Positions 27,172-42,009 of a stretch of DNA of 64,000 nt are shown in pieces (within the stretch, counting starts at the first letter, position 1; every line of letters begins with the position of its first letter). Made by a program: the position numbers and the translations under genes. The stretch is from Eledone cirrhosa (lineage: Eukaryota): NCBI GenBank assembly GCA_964016885.1, contig OZ024742.1, positions 225,246,001 to 225,310,000 of the forward strand, written 5' to 3'. The notes under the pieces were generated by a model. It had not been told where the DNA came from. It saw only the letters and a list, made by a program, of their open reading frames with translations, and searched no databases.

Positions 27172-29593
27172 TTAATTAGGTTTATAATATTTAAATGTTT
27201 TTCTCAGTTTATGATTACACGATATAATTAATTCCTGTCGCTTATTTAATAGGATATCCTTAGATTTCATTATTTCAAATAGTTCTTGGGAACATAATCT
27301 ACATTCATTTCTATTATTTTGATAAGGGGTGGCTCTTTTGAGCACACTCCAGGTCATATCATATTCTATATTCTTATTTTTATAACTATTAATTTTTTCT
27401 GCTAGAGATGTTGTATTAGCCAGTGCGGCATTTTTAAAAGTATGTTTGTGGGTATTAAACCTTACCTTAAAATTGTTAGAAGTAGCTCCTATATATGAGC
27501 AAATAGAATCTTTAGTTTTAACTTTACATTTATAAACTATGTTGTTAACAAGACAATTTCCTTTTAATGGGCAGTTTGCTTTGTTTCTACAGTTACAACC
27601 TTTCGTTACTTCTGTATTTGAGGAGATATTATGGTTAGTTTGATGTATTGGTGGTATACTTATGGTATTTTTACATTTATATGCATTATAGGCACTTATA
27701 TTTTGTTTTATGTTTTTGGTTGTTGAGTATGAGAATTTAACTGTTGACCTATTTAAGATTTGATGGTATTTGTGGTTTGGCGGGAAGTTTTTCTCTAGGA
27801 TATAAAAAAATTTGTTAGCAATATTATCCTTAATTTGTAAATTAAATGGAGTATTATACCAAGTAACCCGTCTATTACGGTTTCTATGTTGTTTATTATT
27901 TTTATAGGTTGTATCGTGATGTTTACTAGGAGGAATAATGTTAATGACCTCACCACGCACATTTTTAGTTAGATTTATTGATTTAGGTGTTTTATCTTGT
28001 TTATTAGGAGTTTTATTATTAACATTTATTAGAGTTGTATGATGAGTAGTTTTTTGAGAGTTACTATATTTTATATTAGAGGAGTTGTTGGTATTTTGGG
28101 GTATAGTGTGGGTGGCATTTAGGTGTGTACTTTTCATTTGGTGTTTGTTGGTAATATTAGGTTGTATGTTTATAGTATTTTTAGTAGAAGGTATATATTC
28201 TAATCTATTTTTGTGGCCACTTCTATCTAGAGCTTCGTTATAGAAGGTCGCATTTTTATCAAATACATCTTGGTTAGACGAAAGGTTAGAAATTCTAAGT
28301 GATATATTATATGCAAGGTTTTTAAGGATAGATTTAGGGTGATTAGATTGTGAGTGTATGTAGTGTAAGTTTTGGTTGGGTTTATGGTAAGGTAGCTAAG
28401 TCTAAAGTTATATCTAGGAAATTAACTACTTTACTTGTGTTTTCAAAAGTAATATGAAGACTATAATAGTCTTTAAGGAAAGTTCTAATAAGCTTTTTGT
28501 TTTTTTCTATTTCTGAGAGGCTAAGGTTGTTGGAAAGAAGAAGACAGTCGTCACGATATAAACCACCTTTAAGGTGGGGAAAGGAAGCATTTATGTTGAA
28601 AAGAAGAAAGAGGCCCACAAGATCAGTAATTTGGGCAGAATCGCTTGAACCCATAGTAATATCAAATAGATTACTATATGTGTTTCTGGTCCAGTATTCA
28701 TTCTGAAATGCAATAAGTGTTAGTCTAGCATGTGTAATAATATTAATGTCATCCAAAGTTAAGTTAGATCTATTTTTAGCAAATATCAAAGCTTTGTTCA
28801 GGAGTATAGGTGATATAGAAGAATAGTAATTATCTATATCAAATTGTAGAAATGAAGCAGAAGATTTACATCTAATATTTTTAAACCAGTTAATTACCTG
28901 GGAAGTGTTTTCCCAGAGTGGTAAATTAACATGTTTTCTTATTTGTGGGATGACTCTATCCAAAATTTTTTTGCTAATTATTCCAATATCAGATTTGGAG
29001 GGACATATAAGTCTTATAGAAGGATTTGAGTTAAAGTTTGATTTATGATCCTTCAGGTTGAAGTGTGGTCTTTTCAATGCCAAAGGTTCAGTTCTATCTT
29101 CAATGTTTAGTTTTTTTACTATGTTGTGTGTTTTGTTGTTGATGTTGGTGAGTGACGCATTATTAGATTTTTTATAATTTTTCCTGAGTTCTTTATATAT
29201 GAACTCATTATAATCTTCAATATCCATGTGATACAAGTTTCCAGTTTTATCCGAGTGGACATGGATTTTTTTAGACTTTTTTAGGTCCAATAGGGTAGAA
29301 TCAAGGTCCTTTTGAAAGACAGATTTATACTTCTTAAATTTGAGGTGTTTAATTAAATTAAAAAGGTCTTTCTCAAAGTCTTCAAGTAGAGAGTTGTGTG
29401 GTGGATTCTTGTAAGTATTGAAATCATACATATATTTCCTATCTACATATTTAGATTTTTTATCGAAGTGGTAGGCCCTCCATCTAACTCTTCTGATAAA
29501 TTGGTTAGTTTTCTGTATCATAAGGAGTAAGAAGTCATCCTTAGAAGGTATTGGTATATTCTTTAAAGAGGTTCCCAAGTATTGTTTTTCCAT
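27172..29593 (-). pseudogene. PLE RT + GIY-YIG polyprotein with a single frameshift near 28390
   Basis: MEKQYLGTSLKNIPIP..RRVRWRAY, LKDHK..F, RLICPSKS, QFDIDNYYSSI, ITMGS.D, GLYRDD, FLDITLDL. It resumes in another frame as PYHKPNQNLHYIHSQSNHP...SG and continues into ORF 27172-28137 (CNCR..CPL.G.CL, IVYKC, SYIGAT, FKVRFNTH, CRLC, CNH). Confidence 0.92.
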
Positions 29594-29744
29594 TGTGATA
29601 TGGATAATGGACAATAGAAAGAACTCAACTAAATGTATATGGGGTTATAAAATCATACATATATATGTATATACATAAATATAAAATTAACACACACATA
29701 CATACATCCACGCTTCATTTTTTATATATATATATATATGTGTG

Positions 29745-29803
<59 letters not shown>

Positions 29804-29810
29804 GTGTATG

Positions 29811-29851
<41 letters not shown>

Positions 29852-30286
29852 TTATGTGTATGTATATATCTATATATATATATATATATATATATTTGTG
29901 TATATGTGTGTATGTATATCTCTTTATTTATGTATGTCTGAGTTGTGTGAGCGTGTGGTTGTATGTGTATATACATACATGGATATGTGTATGTGTGTGT
30001 ATATATACGTATATGTATGTGTGTGTGTGTGTGTGTGTATATATATGTGTGTGTATGTATATATATGTATGTATATATGTGTGTATATATGTGTGTATAT
30101 ATATGTGTGTGTATGTATATATGTATATGTATGTGTGTATGTGTGTGTGTGTACATATATGTGTATATATGTATGTGTGTTGTGAATATATGTATATATA
30201 TATATGTGTGTGTTTGTATGTGTGTCTATGTATTTATATATGTATATGTATGTGTCTCTATGTATGTATGTATGTATGTGTGTATA

Positions 30287-30393
<107 letters not shown>

Positions 30394-30653
30394 ATGTATA
30401 TGTGTATATATATATATATATGTATATCGGTGTGTATTTTATGTATGAGTATATATTTTACTTGTTTATATTTTTTTTAATATATTTCTTTTTATTTCTA
30501 AATTTATAGATACATTTTATAAATAGGCAGTTGTCTGACACCCTTAGTAATTACTGACCCCCTTACCCACTTCTGCATCTGGATATAAAAATATATGTGG
30601 CAGTGTTTATGTGTGCGCCTTAATATACATATAGTTATAATAATAATATATAC

Positions 30654-30737
<84 letters not shown>

Positions 30738-31086
30738 TCGTGGGTATGTGTATGTTTATGTGTATTTGCGCGTGTGTGTGTGAATGTATGTATATGTGTG
30801 TATATATGAATCTATATATGTTTATATGCGTATGTGTATTTTATCTGTAGATTATAAACATACAGAGACATTAGCCCTGAATTTTTGTATTTACATACAT
30901 TTTTTCGACATGCGTATGCATGTGAACATATATTTTTATGCATATCTGTGAACGAAGTTACTTACATATATACACACACCTAACTGTATTTTCTTGATAT
31001 ATTTTTGTGTATTTCATTGGTCAATTTGAACTCTGTTCCCAAACAGACCTGTAATTTTGAATTGTTGTTATTATCAATAAATATAT

Positions 31087-31239
31087 TTCATTATTTCTGA
31101 AGACGGCATATGTATATGTTGGTATGTATATTATATTTGATAATTTGTATAATTTTGTATAATTTTGTACATAGATCTGTTGAATATGCATACCAATTCT
31201 AACACATATATGTCCTAGAAACGATCGTTAAATAATGAA
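31087..31239 (+). ncRNA. Type-I hammerhead with 114-nt stem II (sense copy at 24242-24394, minus strand)
   Basis: TTCATTATTT CTGAAGA [114 nt] GAAA CGATCG TT AAATAATGAA: perfect 10-bp stem I, palindromic stem III. Confidence 0.75.
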
Positions 31240-31437
31240 CTTTTTTTGTTTAATATAAGGAACTGTTTCATTGTTTTATTCATTATTTTTTTAATACTTT
31301 ATCTTGACTCTGTATTCCGTTTATCTTTCACCGAAAGTGATTTTTGAATGCATCTCTTCTTTCCATGATATCCGGATTACATTGAGTTCTTCATACGGAT
31401 TGGACACTACCGTAAACTCTTGGTAGATTTATCTACA

Positions 31438-31509
<72 letters not shown>

Positions 31510-31565
31510 AGTGAAATTACAGGAGGCCAAAAATGTTGAATTTCCTTAATTATTTATTTCCGCAA

Positions 31566-31623
31566 ACACTATGCACATTTCAGTGGCCAGGTTGCGTAAG
31601 AACCCGGTGACATCTTCAGGTGT
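31566..31623 (-). ncRNA. Type-I hammerhead
   Basis: ACAC CTGAAGA TGTCA CCGGGTT CTTACGC AACCTGG CCACT GAAA TGTGCA TA GTGT. Confidence 0.6.
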
Positions 31624-31781
31624 AAATTGCGTAATAGATGTATGCCAAATGAAAGAAGGTAAACTGTAAGGAAACAACCAAAGAAAAAAGCAAAGAAAAA
31701 TCAGAGAAGAAAAAATGTGTTTATGTTTTTGCTTTTGACCCAGAGAAGAACGAGACAGCATATTCTTATCATGCCTCTCCG

Positions 31782-31852
<71 letters not shown>

Positions 31853-31939
31853 GGAGTTGCGACCGATAGATAGTACTAGCAATTGGAAAGACCAACGGAA
31901 ACATTGTTCCCTCGGTCCGATTTGACGAAAGTCGTTTAA

Positions 31940-32006
<67 letters not shown>

Positions 32007-32198
32007 AATGCATATATATAAATGTATATATGTATATATGTATATATGTATGTATATGTATATATATGTATATATATGTATATATATATGTATACATATA
32101 TATATGTATATATATATATATATATGTGTGTGTATATATATATGTATATATATATATATGTATACATATATATACATATATATATATGTATCCATATA

Positions 32199-32277
<79 letters not shown>

Positions 32278-32355
32278 TGATGAGCAGAACAAACAAACAT
32301 TAAACAATCCTTTAAATGAATTAAAAAATAATTTAAATATCTACCTGTTCATAAT

Positions 32356-32434
32356 GCTATTACCGGCGGTTTCCATCCACAAAAGATTGGAAATTCGGAG
32401 AATTTCCAACGGAAAGTAGATTTCTTCAGATAGC
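32356..32434 (-). ncRNA. Type-I hammerhead with extended stem II
   Basis: GCTAT CTGAAGA A ATCTAC..TTGGAAATT CTCCG AATTTCCAA..GTGGAT G GAAA CCGCCGG TA ATAGC. Confidence 0.75.
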
Positions 32435-32618
32435 TATTTCCATTCTATAGGACATTTGTCCCACGGTCAGCAAATATAATGCTAACTACCAGCACGTAAA
32501 GTGACCCGTACGTGACCTGGCCACTAGAGCAAGCGGGAATATTATAGACTTGTTGATGGCTTGGCTGCTAAAAAAATAGCAGTAAGCAACAACGAATTTT
32601 TTCTCTACATAGATTGGA

Positions 32619-32712
<94 letters not shown>

Positions 32713-32811
32713 ATACTTTGGGAGGGTCATGTTGCCAATAAGAAACACACGCACCAAAATGGCGTAGGATAGAAGAAAGGAAAGGCACAGAAACAAAGGA
32801 AAGGAATCCCC

Positions 32812-32856
32812 AGTCACTGAAGAGGTCACAGAGTGTGTGACGAAAGGACTATGACT
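32812..32856 (+). ncRNA. Minimal type-I hammerhead
   Basis: AGTCA CTGAAGA G GTCACA GAGTG TGTGAC GAAA GGAC TA TGACT. Confidence 0.75.
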
Positions 32857-33074
32857 ATATATAAACAACTATCTGGTTGTGGAACCAACCAACCAACCAG
32901 AAATTTATAAGTTTGTAAATTTGTAAATTTATAAATTTATAAATATATAATAAATTGAAGTGAAAGCAACTGGTGCGTGTGTTTCTTATTGGCAACATGA
33001 CCCTCCCAAGGTATAACAATATCGGTTTCAACACACGATTTCAGATAAAGAATCTTGCTAAACAAATTCAAAAA

Positions 33075-33208
<134 letters not shown>

Positions 33209-33649
33209 ACATATTCAGTATAAAATCTTTTCCTGGGTCCTGTATTTTCGTTGCTCTGGTAATGCGGCTGGATTGCCGACTGCTATATCTGATTTGCTAA
33301 GCTGTCTGAACGTAATGTTATTACTCTGGGGTCTTACCTCATCCGAGTGCTAAAGCTACAGACCGATTATGCATATACGCTAGCTTGGCCGTATACTAAA
33401 GCTTCGTCAATGCTGTACTAAAATTTATATATATATATATATATATTTGAAAAAAGGGAAAAGAATGACTTCACTTGTAGTGTTAAATAATTTGATTTTT
33501 AAAGCATACACACACATACATGCTATTATATACTCATCAAAGGTCAGCTAATGAAATAAAACCAGCTGGGGGGGGGGGGGGATGTTTACAACCACCTTCT
33601 CAAACATCCTTATCTTGCAACCTCACTATTTTCTGAGTGTGTATATATA

Positions 33650-33686
<37 letters not shown>

Positions 33687-34022
33687 GGAGGCACATGGCT
33701 TAGTGGTTAGAGCATTGGCCTTGCAATCGAAACGTTGTGAGTTCAATTCTCAGACCGGGTGATGTGTTGTTTCCTTGAGCAAGACACTTTATTTCACATT
33801 GCTCCAGTTTAATCAGCTGTAGAAATGAGATGATAGGGACTGGGGTCCATATCATTCCACTGCAAAGTGGTCGTGGAGGTGCCACGGCAAAAAAGCACCC
33901 AGCACTCACTGTAAATGAGGTTGATGTTAGGAAGGACATCCAGCTGTAGAAATCAAGCCAGAATCAGTTCCCGTCCCACCCTTGCAAGCAGGGTAAAGCG
34001 GACGTAAAAATGAAATGAAATG

Positions 34023-34064
<42 letters not shown>

Positions 34065-34106
34065 TAGAATTGGCGCTCTGAAATAGCGATATATATATGA
34101 ATGTTT

Positions 34107-34300
34107 ATATAGTGTATGCTTAATTAAAAGTATATCGAAGACCTTACGCTATTGTTTTAGAGTAGTGACAGTCTCACTTACTTTAAATTTTCAGCAAACA
34201 AATTTAAAGTAAGTGAGACTGTCACTACTCTAAAACAATAGCGTAAGGTCTTCAAAATGCTTTTAATTAAGCATACAGTGTATTGCAAAATACACTATAT
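34107..34300. repeat. Fold-back hairpin with ~80-bp arms
   Basis: GAAGACCTTACGCTATTG...ACTTTAAATTT mirrored by AAATTTAAAGT...CAATAGCGTAAGGTCTTC. Confidence 0.9.
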
Positions 34301-34655
34301 ATACATATATATACATATATGTATGTATGTATATATATATATGTATGTATTTATATATAACCACATGCGTGATACTGTGAGAATATCCATCTTTGACTAT
34401 CTATCCGTGTAAGTGTCTATATCCCTCGTGTATCCATGTGTACATATATACACGTATACATTATACATATGTACATACACGTATGTGTAAATATATGCCT
34501 ATACACATGAATACATCTGTATATATATGCAGGTGTACAAATATATATGCCTGCATATATGTGTATTCTAGCCACACATAAAATATGTTCAAATACATAT
34601 TTATCGATACTACTTAAACATATTACAGAATGGCGAATATAAATTGAAATGAACA

Positions 34656-34748
<93 letters not shown>

Positions 34749-35373
34749 GATGTGTCTCTGTGTGTGCGTTTGTAGATTCACACATGTGTATATACATATT
34801 TATATATACATATAAACATATACACATAGACACATATGATAATATATATATATGTATATATATATATATGCATATATATATATTTATATATATATACATA
34901 CATATATACATACACACACGCACACACATACACGCGCACGTGCACACACACACACACACATGCATGCAAGGAAATAAAGGATTATTGAAAATCACTTTCC
35001 ATTTGTGGCAATCTTGGAAAAAATATTTTATTGATGTGTGCCATGTTTTGATAGTGGAATGGTGAGGGTTGTGGTCGGGGATGGAAAGGGGGAAGTTGTG
35101 GGTAATGAGAAGAAGAATATGAGAGAGGTGGGAGTTGAGAAGGGATGGGGTAGTGGGAGGTGAGAGCAGAAGTTCTTTATTTCAAGCCAAATAGAATTGG
35201 CTCTTCTTTTCATTCATATTCAGTCGATATGGACCTTCCATTAAACATACGAGGGATGTGTGAAGAATATACTAACATTCCTTGAGGATTTTTTATGTAC
35301 ACTCGCACACACACACACATATATATGTTTATGTAATATATATATTTATATATATTTATATATATGTGTGTTG

Positions 35374-35405
<32 letters not shown>

Positions 35406-35805
35406 AGTGTGTGTGTATGTATATATATATATGTGTGTGTGTGTGTGTATGCGTGCGTGTGTGTGTGTGTGTGTCTGTGAGTGTGTTAGGTTGGACAGAA
35501 AGTTCTTGCCGTTTATCAACATTTCATTAACTTTGGCGTTTAATGTAGAGACACCATTTTTGATCACCACTGACAATGGAACGTAACCAGTTGGTTGTGC
35601 AATAGTCGAAGAGCAGAGCAAGTGCAGCTGCCACCCGTCATTCACGGTTAGTCAGATTATCGGGCACCTATTGGTCCAGCTTGGACACTTTCCCTCTTGA
35701 TTGGGGATCGTTGTTTTCGATATATATACATATATATATGTGTACATATATATATATATATGTATATATATGTATGTACACATATATATATATATGTGTA
35801 TATAA

Positions 35806-36290
35806 TTGAGATCGGTGTGGAAGTCGGACCTTCGTAGAGACCTGAAACTCCGCCTCTTCATTGCTGTAGTGGAGTCTGTGCTGCTGTATGGGTCTGAGAC
35901 TTGGACACTGACCAAGAAACTCACTCAGATGGTGGATGGGTGCTACACGAGAATGCTGAGGATGGCTCTGAACATTAATCAGTATACACTGAGGATGAAA
36001 AACTCAGAGCTGTATGGGAGCCTCCCAAAAGTCAGCTCAAAGGTGACACAGAGGAGACTGAGGTTAGCTGGACATGCTCACCGACATCCAGAGTTGACAT
36101 TGCACTCAATGCTCCTTTGGGAGCCCCTACATGGACACACTAGAAGAGGAAGACCAAGGTTAACGTATGTTGATGCCCTAAGGACAGACACTGATCTGTT
36201 GGAGACGCAGGACATGGCAGCGATAATGAGGGACAGAGACCGCTGGAGAGAACTCGTCCATGGATCTCGGGAATTTTACCCGCCTTAGAA
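35806..36290 (+). mobile_element. RTE-like LINE 3' fragment
   Basis: KLRLFIAVVESVLLYGSETW, RRLRLAGH, LLWEP.HG..RGRP, DRDRWR; flanked by (TA)n. Confidence 0.85.
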
Positions 36291-36312
36291 TTAGAATATA
36301 TATATATATATA

Positions 36313-36343
<31 letters not shown>

Positions 36344-36431
36344 TTATTAAAATAACAGATTAAAGTTATATTGATATATATTTATCCTTATCGAGCCCTC
36401 TTTGGATTTTAGTCTTCTAATTTATTATTAT

Positions 36432-36534
<103 letters not shown>

Positions 36535-36776
36535 TATGTATACGTACATACATATATGTATACAGACGTACAGTAGTATGTATATATATATACATACATG
36601 CACACATATATATATGTACGTATGGATTCACCGAACATTTATTATAATGCTCGGTGTGTTTGTAAACAAACATCCCGAATTAACTCACTCGATATGCAAA
36701 TGTGGCTGCTCAGCCGTTAATATGCATAAGGAAAGTATATACTTTCAGACGTTCAATCATCTGGCAGGAAGGTATA

Positions 36777-36817
36777 CGTTGCTGACGATAGCTAATAAGC
36801 TTGAAACTAGTACAGCG
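36777..36817 (+). ncRNA. Minimal type-I hammerhead in the spacer of inverted repeat 36530-36682/36874-37027
   Basis: CGTTG CTGACGA T AGCT AATA AGCT T GAAA CTAG TA CAGCG. Confidence 0.75.
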
Positions 36818-37081
36818 TTCCTTTGTCAGGGTTGAACAAATGAGCAACGATGGTTGCTAGACACTGTACGGCGTAATTCGGGATGTTTGTTTACAAACAC
36901 ACCGAGCATTATAATAAATGTTCGATGAATCCATACGTACATATATATATGTGTGCATGTATGTATATATATATACATACTACTGTACGTCTGAATACAT
37001 ATATGTATGTACGTATACATACTTATATTTAAGTAACAGCCGTACTAAGAGTGAGAAATGAGATTTCGTTTCATTTTTTCC

Positions 37082-37135
<54 letters not shown>

Positions 37136-37221
37136 AAAAATTGAACGGGAACAAAACAGAGAGGCAGTACGAAAAAAGGTTTATTAGTTTCACGCTCTTG
37201 AGAGTGGGATATATATATATA

Positions 37222-38100
37222 TTTATTAAAATAACAGATTAAAGTTTAAGCAAAGAATCGCTGCTTTCACCCTTAACGGGATCTTCTGAAACTAACAAAG
37301 TCAATCTGTGAACGCAGAAGTGAATATTTCAAAAAACGTTGCAACCGGAGGAAGACAGGAAGACGATACTTTGGTTCGTGGAAACGTTCCCTGGCAAAGA
37401 ACGGGGAAAAACGAATATAATACGTCATTATTTGGAGCGGTGAAAAACAATTACACGCAAAGACAAAACCACGTTTTCGCGTATGCTTGTGTATGTACGT
37501 ATATGGATGCGTGTATGTATTTATTTAATTTCAATTGCATCTGTATTTTATTTACTTTATTCTTAACTCTGAAGCCGAGAATCATTCGTTTCCTAGTTAG
37601 AATTTTAGTCTACGACTTCAGTTATACCATTTGCGTGGTTTTGTCTTTGCGTGCAATTGTTCTCTACGCTCCACATATGACGTATTATCTTCGTTTTTTC
37701 CGTTCATTGCCAGAGAACGTCTCTATGAACCACCTAATAGAATATTAGTCTATAACTTCTTTTATACCATAAACGTGGTTTTGTCTTTGCGTGTAATTGT
37801 TTTTCACCGCTCCAAATAATGACGTATTATATTCGTTTTTTCCCCGTTCTTTGCCAGGGAACGTTTCCACGAACCAAAGTATCGTCTTCCTGTCTTCCTC
37901 CGGCTGTAACGTTTTTTGAAATATCCACTTCTGCGTTCACAGATTGACTTTGTTAGTTTCAGAAGATCCCGTTAAGGGTGAACGCAGCGATTCTTTGCTT
38001 AAACTTTAATCTGTTATTTTAATAAATATTTGCTCTACGGTTATTTGATATATATTTATCCTTATCGAGCCCTCTTTGGATTTTAGTCTTCAAATTTATT
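37222..38100. mobile_element. Solo family-A pLTR with inverted 5' copy
   Basis: 37222-37476 is the reverse complement of ~37775-38030; the body matches 20930-21385. Confidence 0.8.
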
Positions 38101-38105
38101 ATTAT

Positions 38106-38162
<57 letters not shown>

Positions 38163-38804
38163 AAAAAAGGGAAAAAAATGACTTCACTTGTAGTGTTAAA
38201 TAATTTGATTTTTAAAGCATACACACACACACATACATGCTATTATATACTCATCAAAGGTCAGCTAATGAAATAAAACCAGCTGGGGAGGATGTTTACA
38301 ACCACCTTCGCAAACACCCTTATCTTGCAACCTCACCATTTTCTGAGTGTGTATATATATATATGTCTGTGTGGGAGGGGGGTGCGTGTATGTGTGTGTG
38401 TGTGTATGCTTTAATTCCTTCAAATCTTCATCAACACTCATTAACACCATACCCCACACCCCAGAAACATCCAAATCTCTCTTATATATAGTCGCACATC
38501 TCAACACAACCTGATCTCAGTTTGACAATCGCCACCGAAAGTTCTCCAACAAAGTTAACCAGGAATCTTTAAAATTCTTCCCACCGAAGTTAACAAAGAA
38601 CTTACTAGATCTACCAACTCATAATATTATAATATAAAATTAAATTAAATTATTTAACACTACAAGTGAAGTCATTCTTTTCCTTTTTTTTCAAATATAC
38701 TTAACAGTTCCAAGGTTCTCACACATTTTCCAATATATATATATATGTGTGTATGTATATATAACCACCCGCGTGGTATATATATATATTATATATATTA
38801 TATA

Positions 38805-38936
<132 letters not shown>

Positions 38937-39019
38937 AAAATGGAACGGGAACAAAACAGAGAGGCAGTACAAACAAAGATTTATTAGACAGAGAGAGGTG
39001 GGAATAAATAGATTTATAG

Positions 39020-40944
39020 ATAAGTTTCTTTTATTTGCCACTAGGGCATCAAAAGTGGGACAAGTACAAAGGGGGGAGTTTACACAAAAAGGCGTCCTCA
39101 ATAAGGAGGAGGCAATAACAAAATATAAAAATAAAATAAGATATAACAAAAAATAAAATTTTTAACAAAATCCTCAATAGAGAGGAGGCGCCTTGGGGGG
39201 TCGCACACACTCCCGAAAAAAGTGTGCAACCCTTTTCCTCAGGAGCACAGAGAGGGGGTGCTCCCTCGTTCCTTCCTCTTTTCCACCTACAGGCTTATGT
39301 AAAGAGAAGGCCCATTCACACGGGCCATTCTCGCCACTTTCACCCACCTTTCATAAAAACGACTGGGGTGCAGCACCTCTCTCTCCATCCTGATCCTTCT
39401 TCCGAAATGATATCGGAAGAAACGGACCAGTTGTTGGCCAGAGAGAAAGGTGCCTGACCTCAGTCCTTTCAGACGCGTCCACCATACAACCTCTTTCGCC
39501 ATGGCTATTACGCACAGAAACACCGCCTCTGCTTCATCTTTGAAGGGGGGAGGCGGCTTGATCATTACAATAGACTCGGTGGTCAACCGGATCGGTCCCA
39601 CCCTTGACAGCAGTTGTTCGACATAGCCCCACAGATCGGCTACGCCCGAGCAGTGTACCAATGCGTGTGCAACGGTTTCCTCGTCGCACACGCATCTGGG
39701 ACAGATCTTTTTGGCGGGGTCCCTACCCGGGCGCCCGTGTCTGTAGAGCCTTTCTCGAACGGGTAAAGCCCCTCGGTAGCACTGCCAGGCCAGGGACTTC
39801 TGGAAGTTGTCCATAGGTCCCGGGCTGAATGTCCTACCGAACAGGTTGGCCAGTTCGTCCTCCTCCATGTCTAGGGCTTCTCCGAGGGCGTCGTCGCACC
39901 TGCTGCGTACCAGCCCTCTATAGAATGTTGCGGTGGAGTCCCCACTGATAACCGGATCCGCCTGCCAGAGGGCGGTGAGCGCCTGGGCACACTCAGTGTG
40001 CCAGGCGCCCAGTTTTCTCGGTCTTTGCTTGACCCAGGATTGCAGTTCGGTGAGTGAGACGAGTCTGGGAAAGGTTCGTCTCACAAACGAGGCCCACACC
40101 GGTTGTCCGGTGAGGAATACGTAGAGGTGCCGTAGCCTTAATGCGTGTTTACGCATCATTAGCCACGGCATCCCCAGCCCTCCTTTCGAAGGGTGTTGAC
40201 AGCAGATGGATCTCCTCACCATAGGAGCCCGCCCCTTCCAAAGGAATTGGAAGAGCGCGCGCTCCATCTTGGTGAGGGTTTCCCTTGGGCAGGGCACTAC
40301 GGTCAGGCGGTAGTAGATGACGGACGCTATATAAGTGTTCGCCACCTCCGCCCGACCTTTCAGGGATAGTTTGCAACTGGCCCACTTCTGGGTCAGTGCA
40401 AACACCCTGTTCGTAACCTCCGCCCAGTTTTTCTCCACCTGGAGGTCCGGTCCGAACCAGACCCCGAGCAACTTCACCGGGCCCTCCGTCCAGCGTCCGA
40501 CGACGCCATCGGAGGGCATCGGTCTGCCCCTCCACGTGCCGAGTTGCAAACCGATCGACTTGTCCCGGTTCAGCTTAGCCCCTGTGAACTTTTCGTACTC
40601 CTCCAGTAAGGTGCCGACCGCCTCGATTTCGGAGGCCGTCGACACCATTACTGTCACGTCATCGGCGTAGGCTGACACCGCTTTCCGCAATCCCGGTTCC
40701 AAAGGGATGCCCTGCAACAACTCCAACTTCCGCAGTAGTGGCTCGAGAGTCAACACATACAGAAGGGAGGAGAGAGGGCACCCTTGTCGGATGGACCGCG
40801 CGATTTTGAACGGCTCCGAGAGGTAGCCGTTCACCTTTACCCTAGAGCAGATGCGGCTGCTGTGCATAGCAGTGATCCAGCCCCTGAAAACGGGTCCGAA
40901 GCCTGCCGCCGCTAGCACCGCATCCAGGTAACCATGGTCGACCC

Positions 40945-40945
<1 letters not shown>
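39020..40945 (-). mobile_element. 5'-truncated L1/Tx1 LINE (RT C-half + zf-RVT), open frame 39287-40945
   Basis: RVDH.YL, IRQGCPLS, AYADDV, KLLGV, LSLKGRA, GGLG, CPRC..EETVAHALVHC. The ORF's upstream extension is only read-through of (TCTA)n. Confidence 0.92.
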
Positions 40946-41028
<83 letters not shown>

Positions 41029-41310
41029 AAGAAAGAAAAACGAATGAATGATAAAAAAAAATATATATATAGATAGATAGATCGATAGATAAAAAAAAAA
41101 GAAAAAGAACGAAAGAAAGGAGAAAAATGAAAGATGATCCCAGGGGAACACTGTTGATATTAGTTTTAATAAAGTGAGTTTTTGAAAAGGCGACTAAAGG
41201 AGAATTTGGTTTAAAGATGGCGCGTAAATAATAAGTGACGAATGATTTCAATGATTATACACACACACTGACACAAATATATATATATATATCTTTGTAT
41301 ATATATATAT

Positions 41311-41418
<108 letters not shown>

Positions 41419-41628
41419 CTTTGTATTATTCAAAATATTAATAAATGAAAAATATTCTCATAATCAAAATATATATTTTATTATACATATTTCAAAGGTA
41501 CAGTGGTGTTTAAGTATGTTTTCATCAGATAAAATATAAGATTTGATATGCGACATACCGCTACGGTTTTGATTATTCAATAGTGGCAGTATTAAATCAA
41601 CGAACCATATTAATGTTTGGTTCTATAT

Positions 41629-41733
<105 letters not shown>

Positions 41734-41968
41734 CGATATTAACAAATGGAAACTATATTTATAAAACCATATTTATTTCATTATACATATTTCAAGGACA
41801 CCACGTTAAATTATGGTGTGCTTTCATCAGACAAAATTCAATATAGATCAGTTTTATAAATAAATATTGACATACCCTTAAAAAATGCAACCATTACTGT
41901 TGGAAGCTCCCGGATAGTTATAAAAATATTTGCTTGTTGTATCCCAACAATTTAAATAGAACTTTTGC

Positions 41969-42009
<41 letters not shown>

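Noticed and set aside
33210-33425. Higher-GC island with TTGACGA/GAAA on the minus strand
   Set aside because: Could not build consistent stems by eye; left unassigned.
40946-41251. N-terminal ~100 aa of the 654-aa ORF
   Set aside because: Read-through of (TCTA)n and flank; not part of the Tx1 protein.
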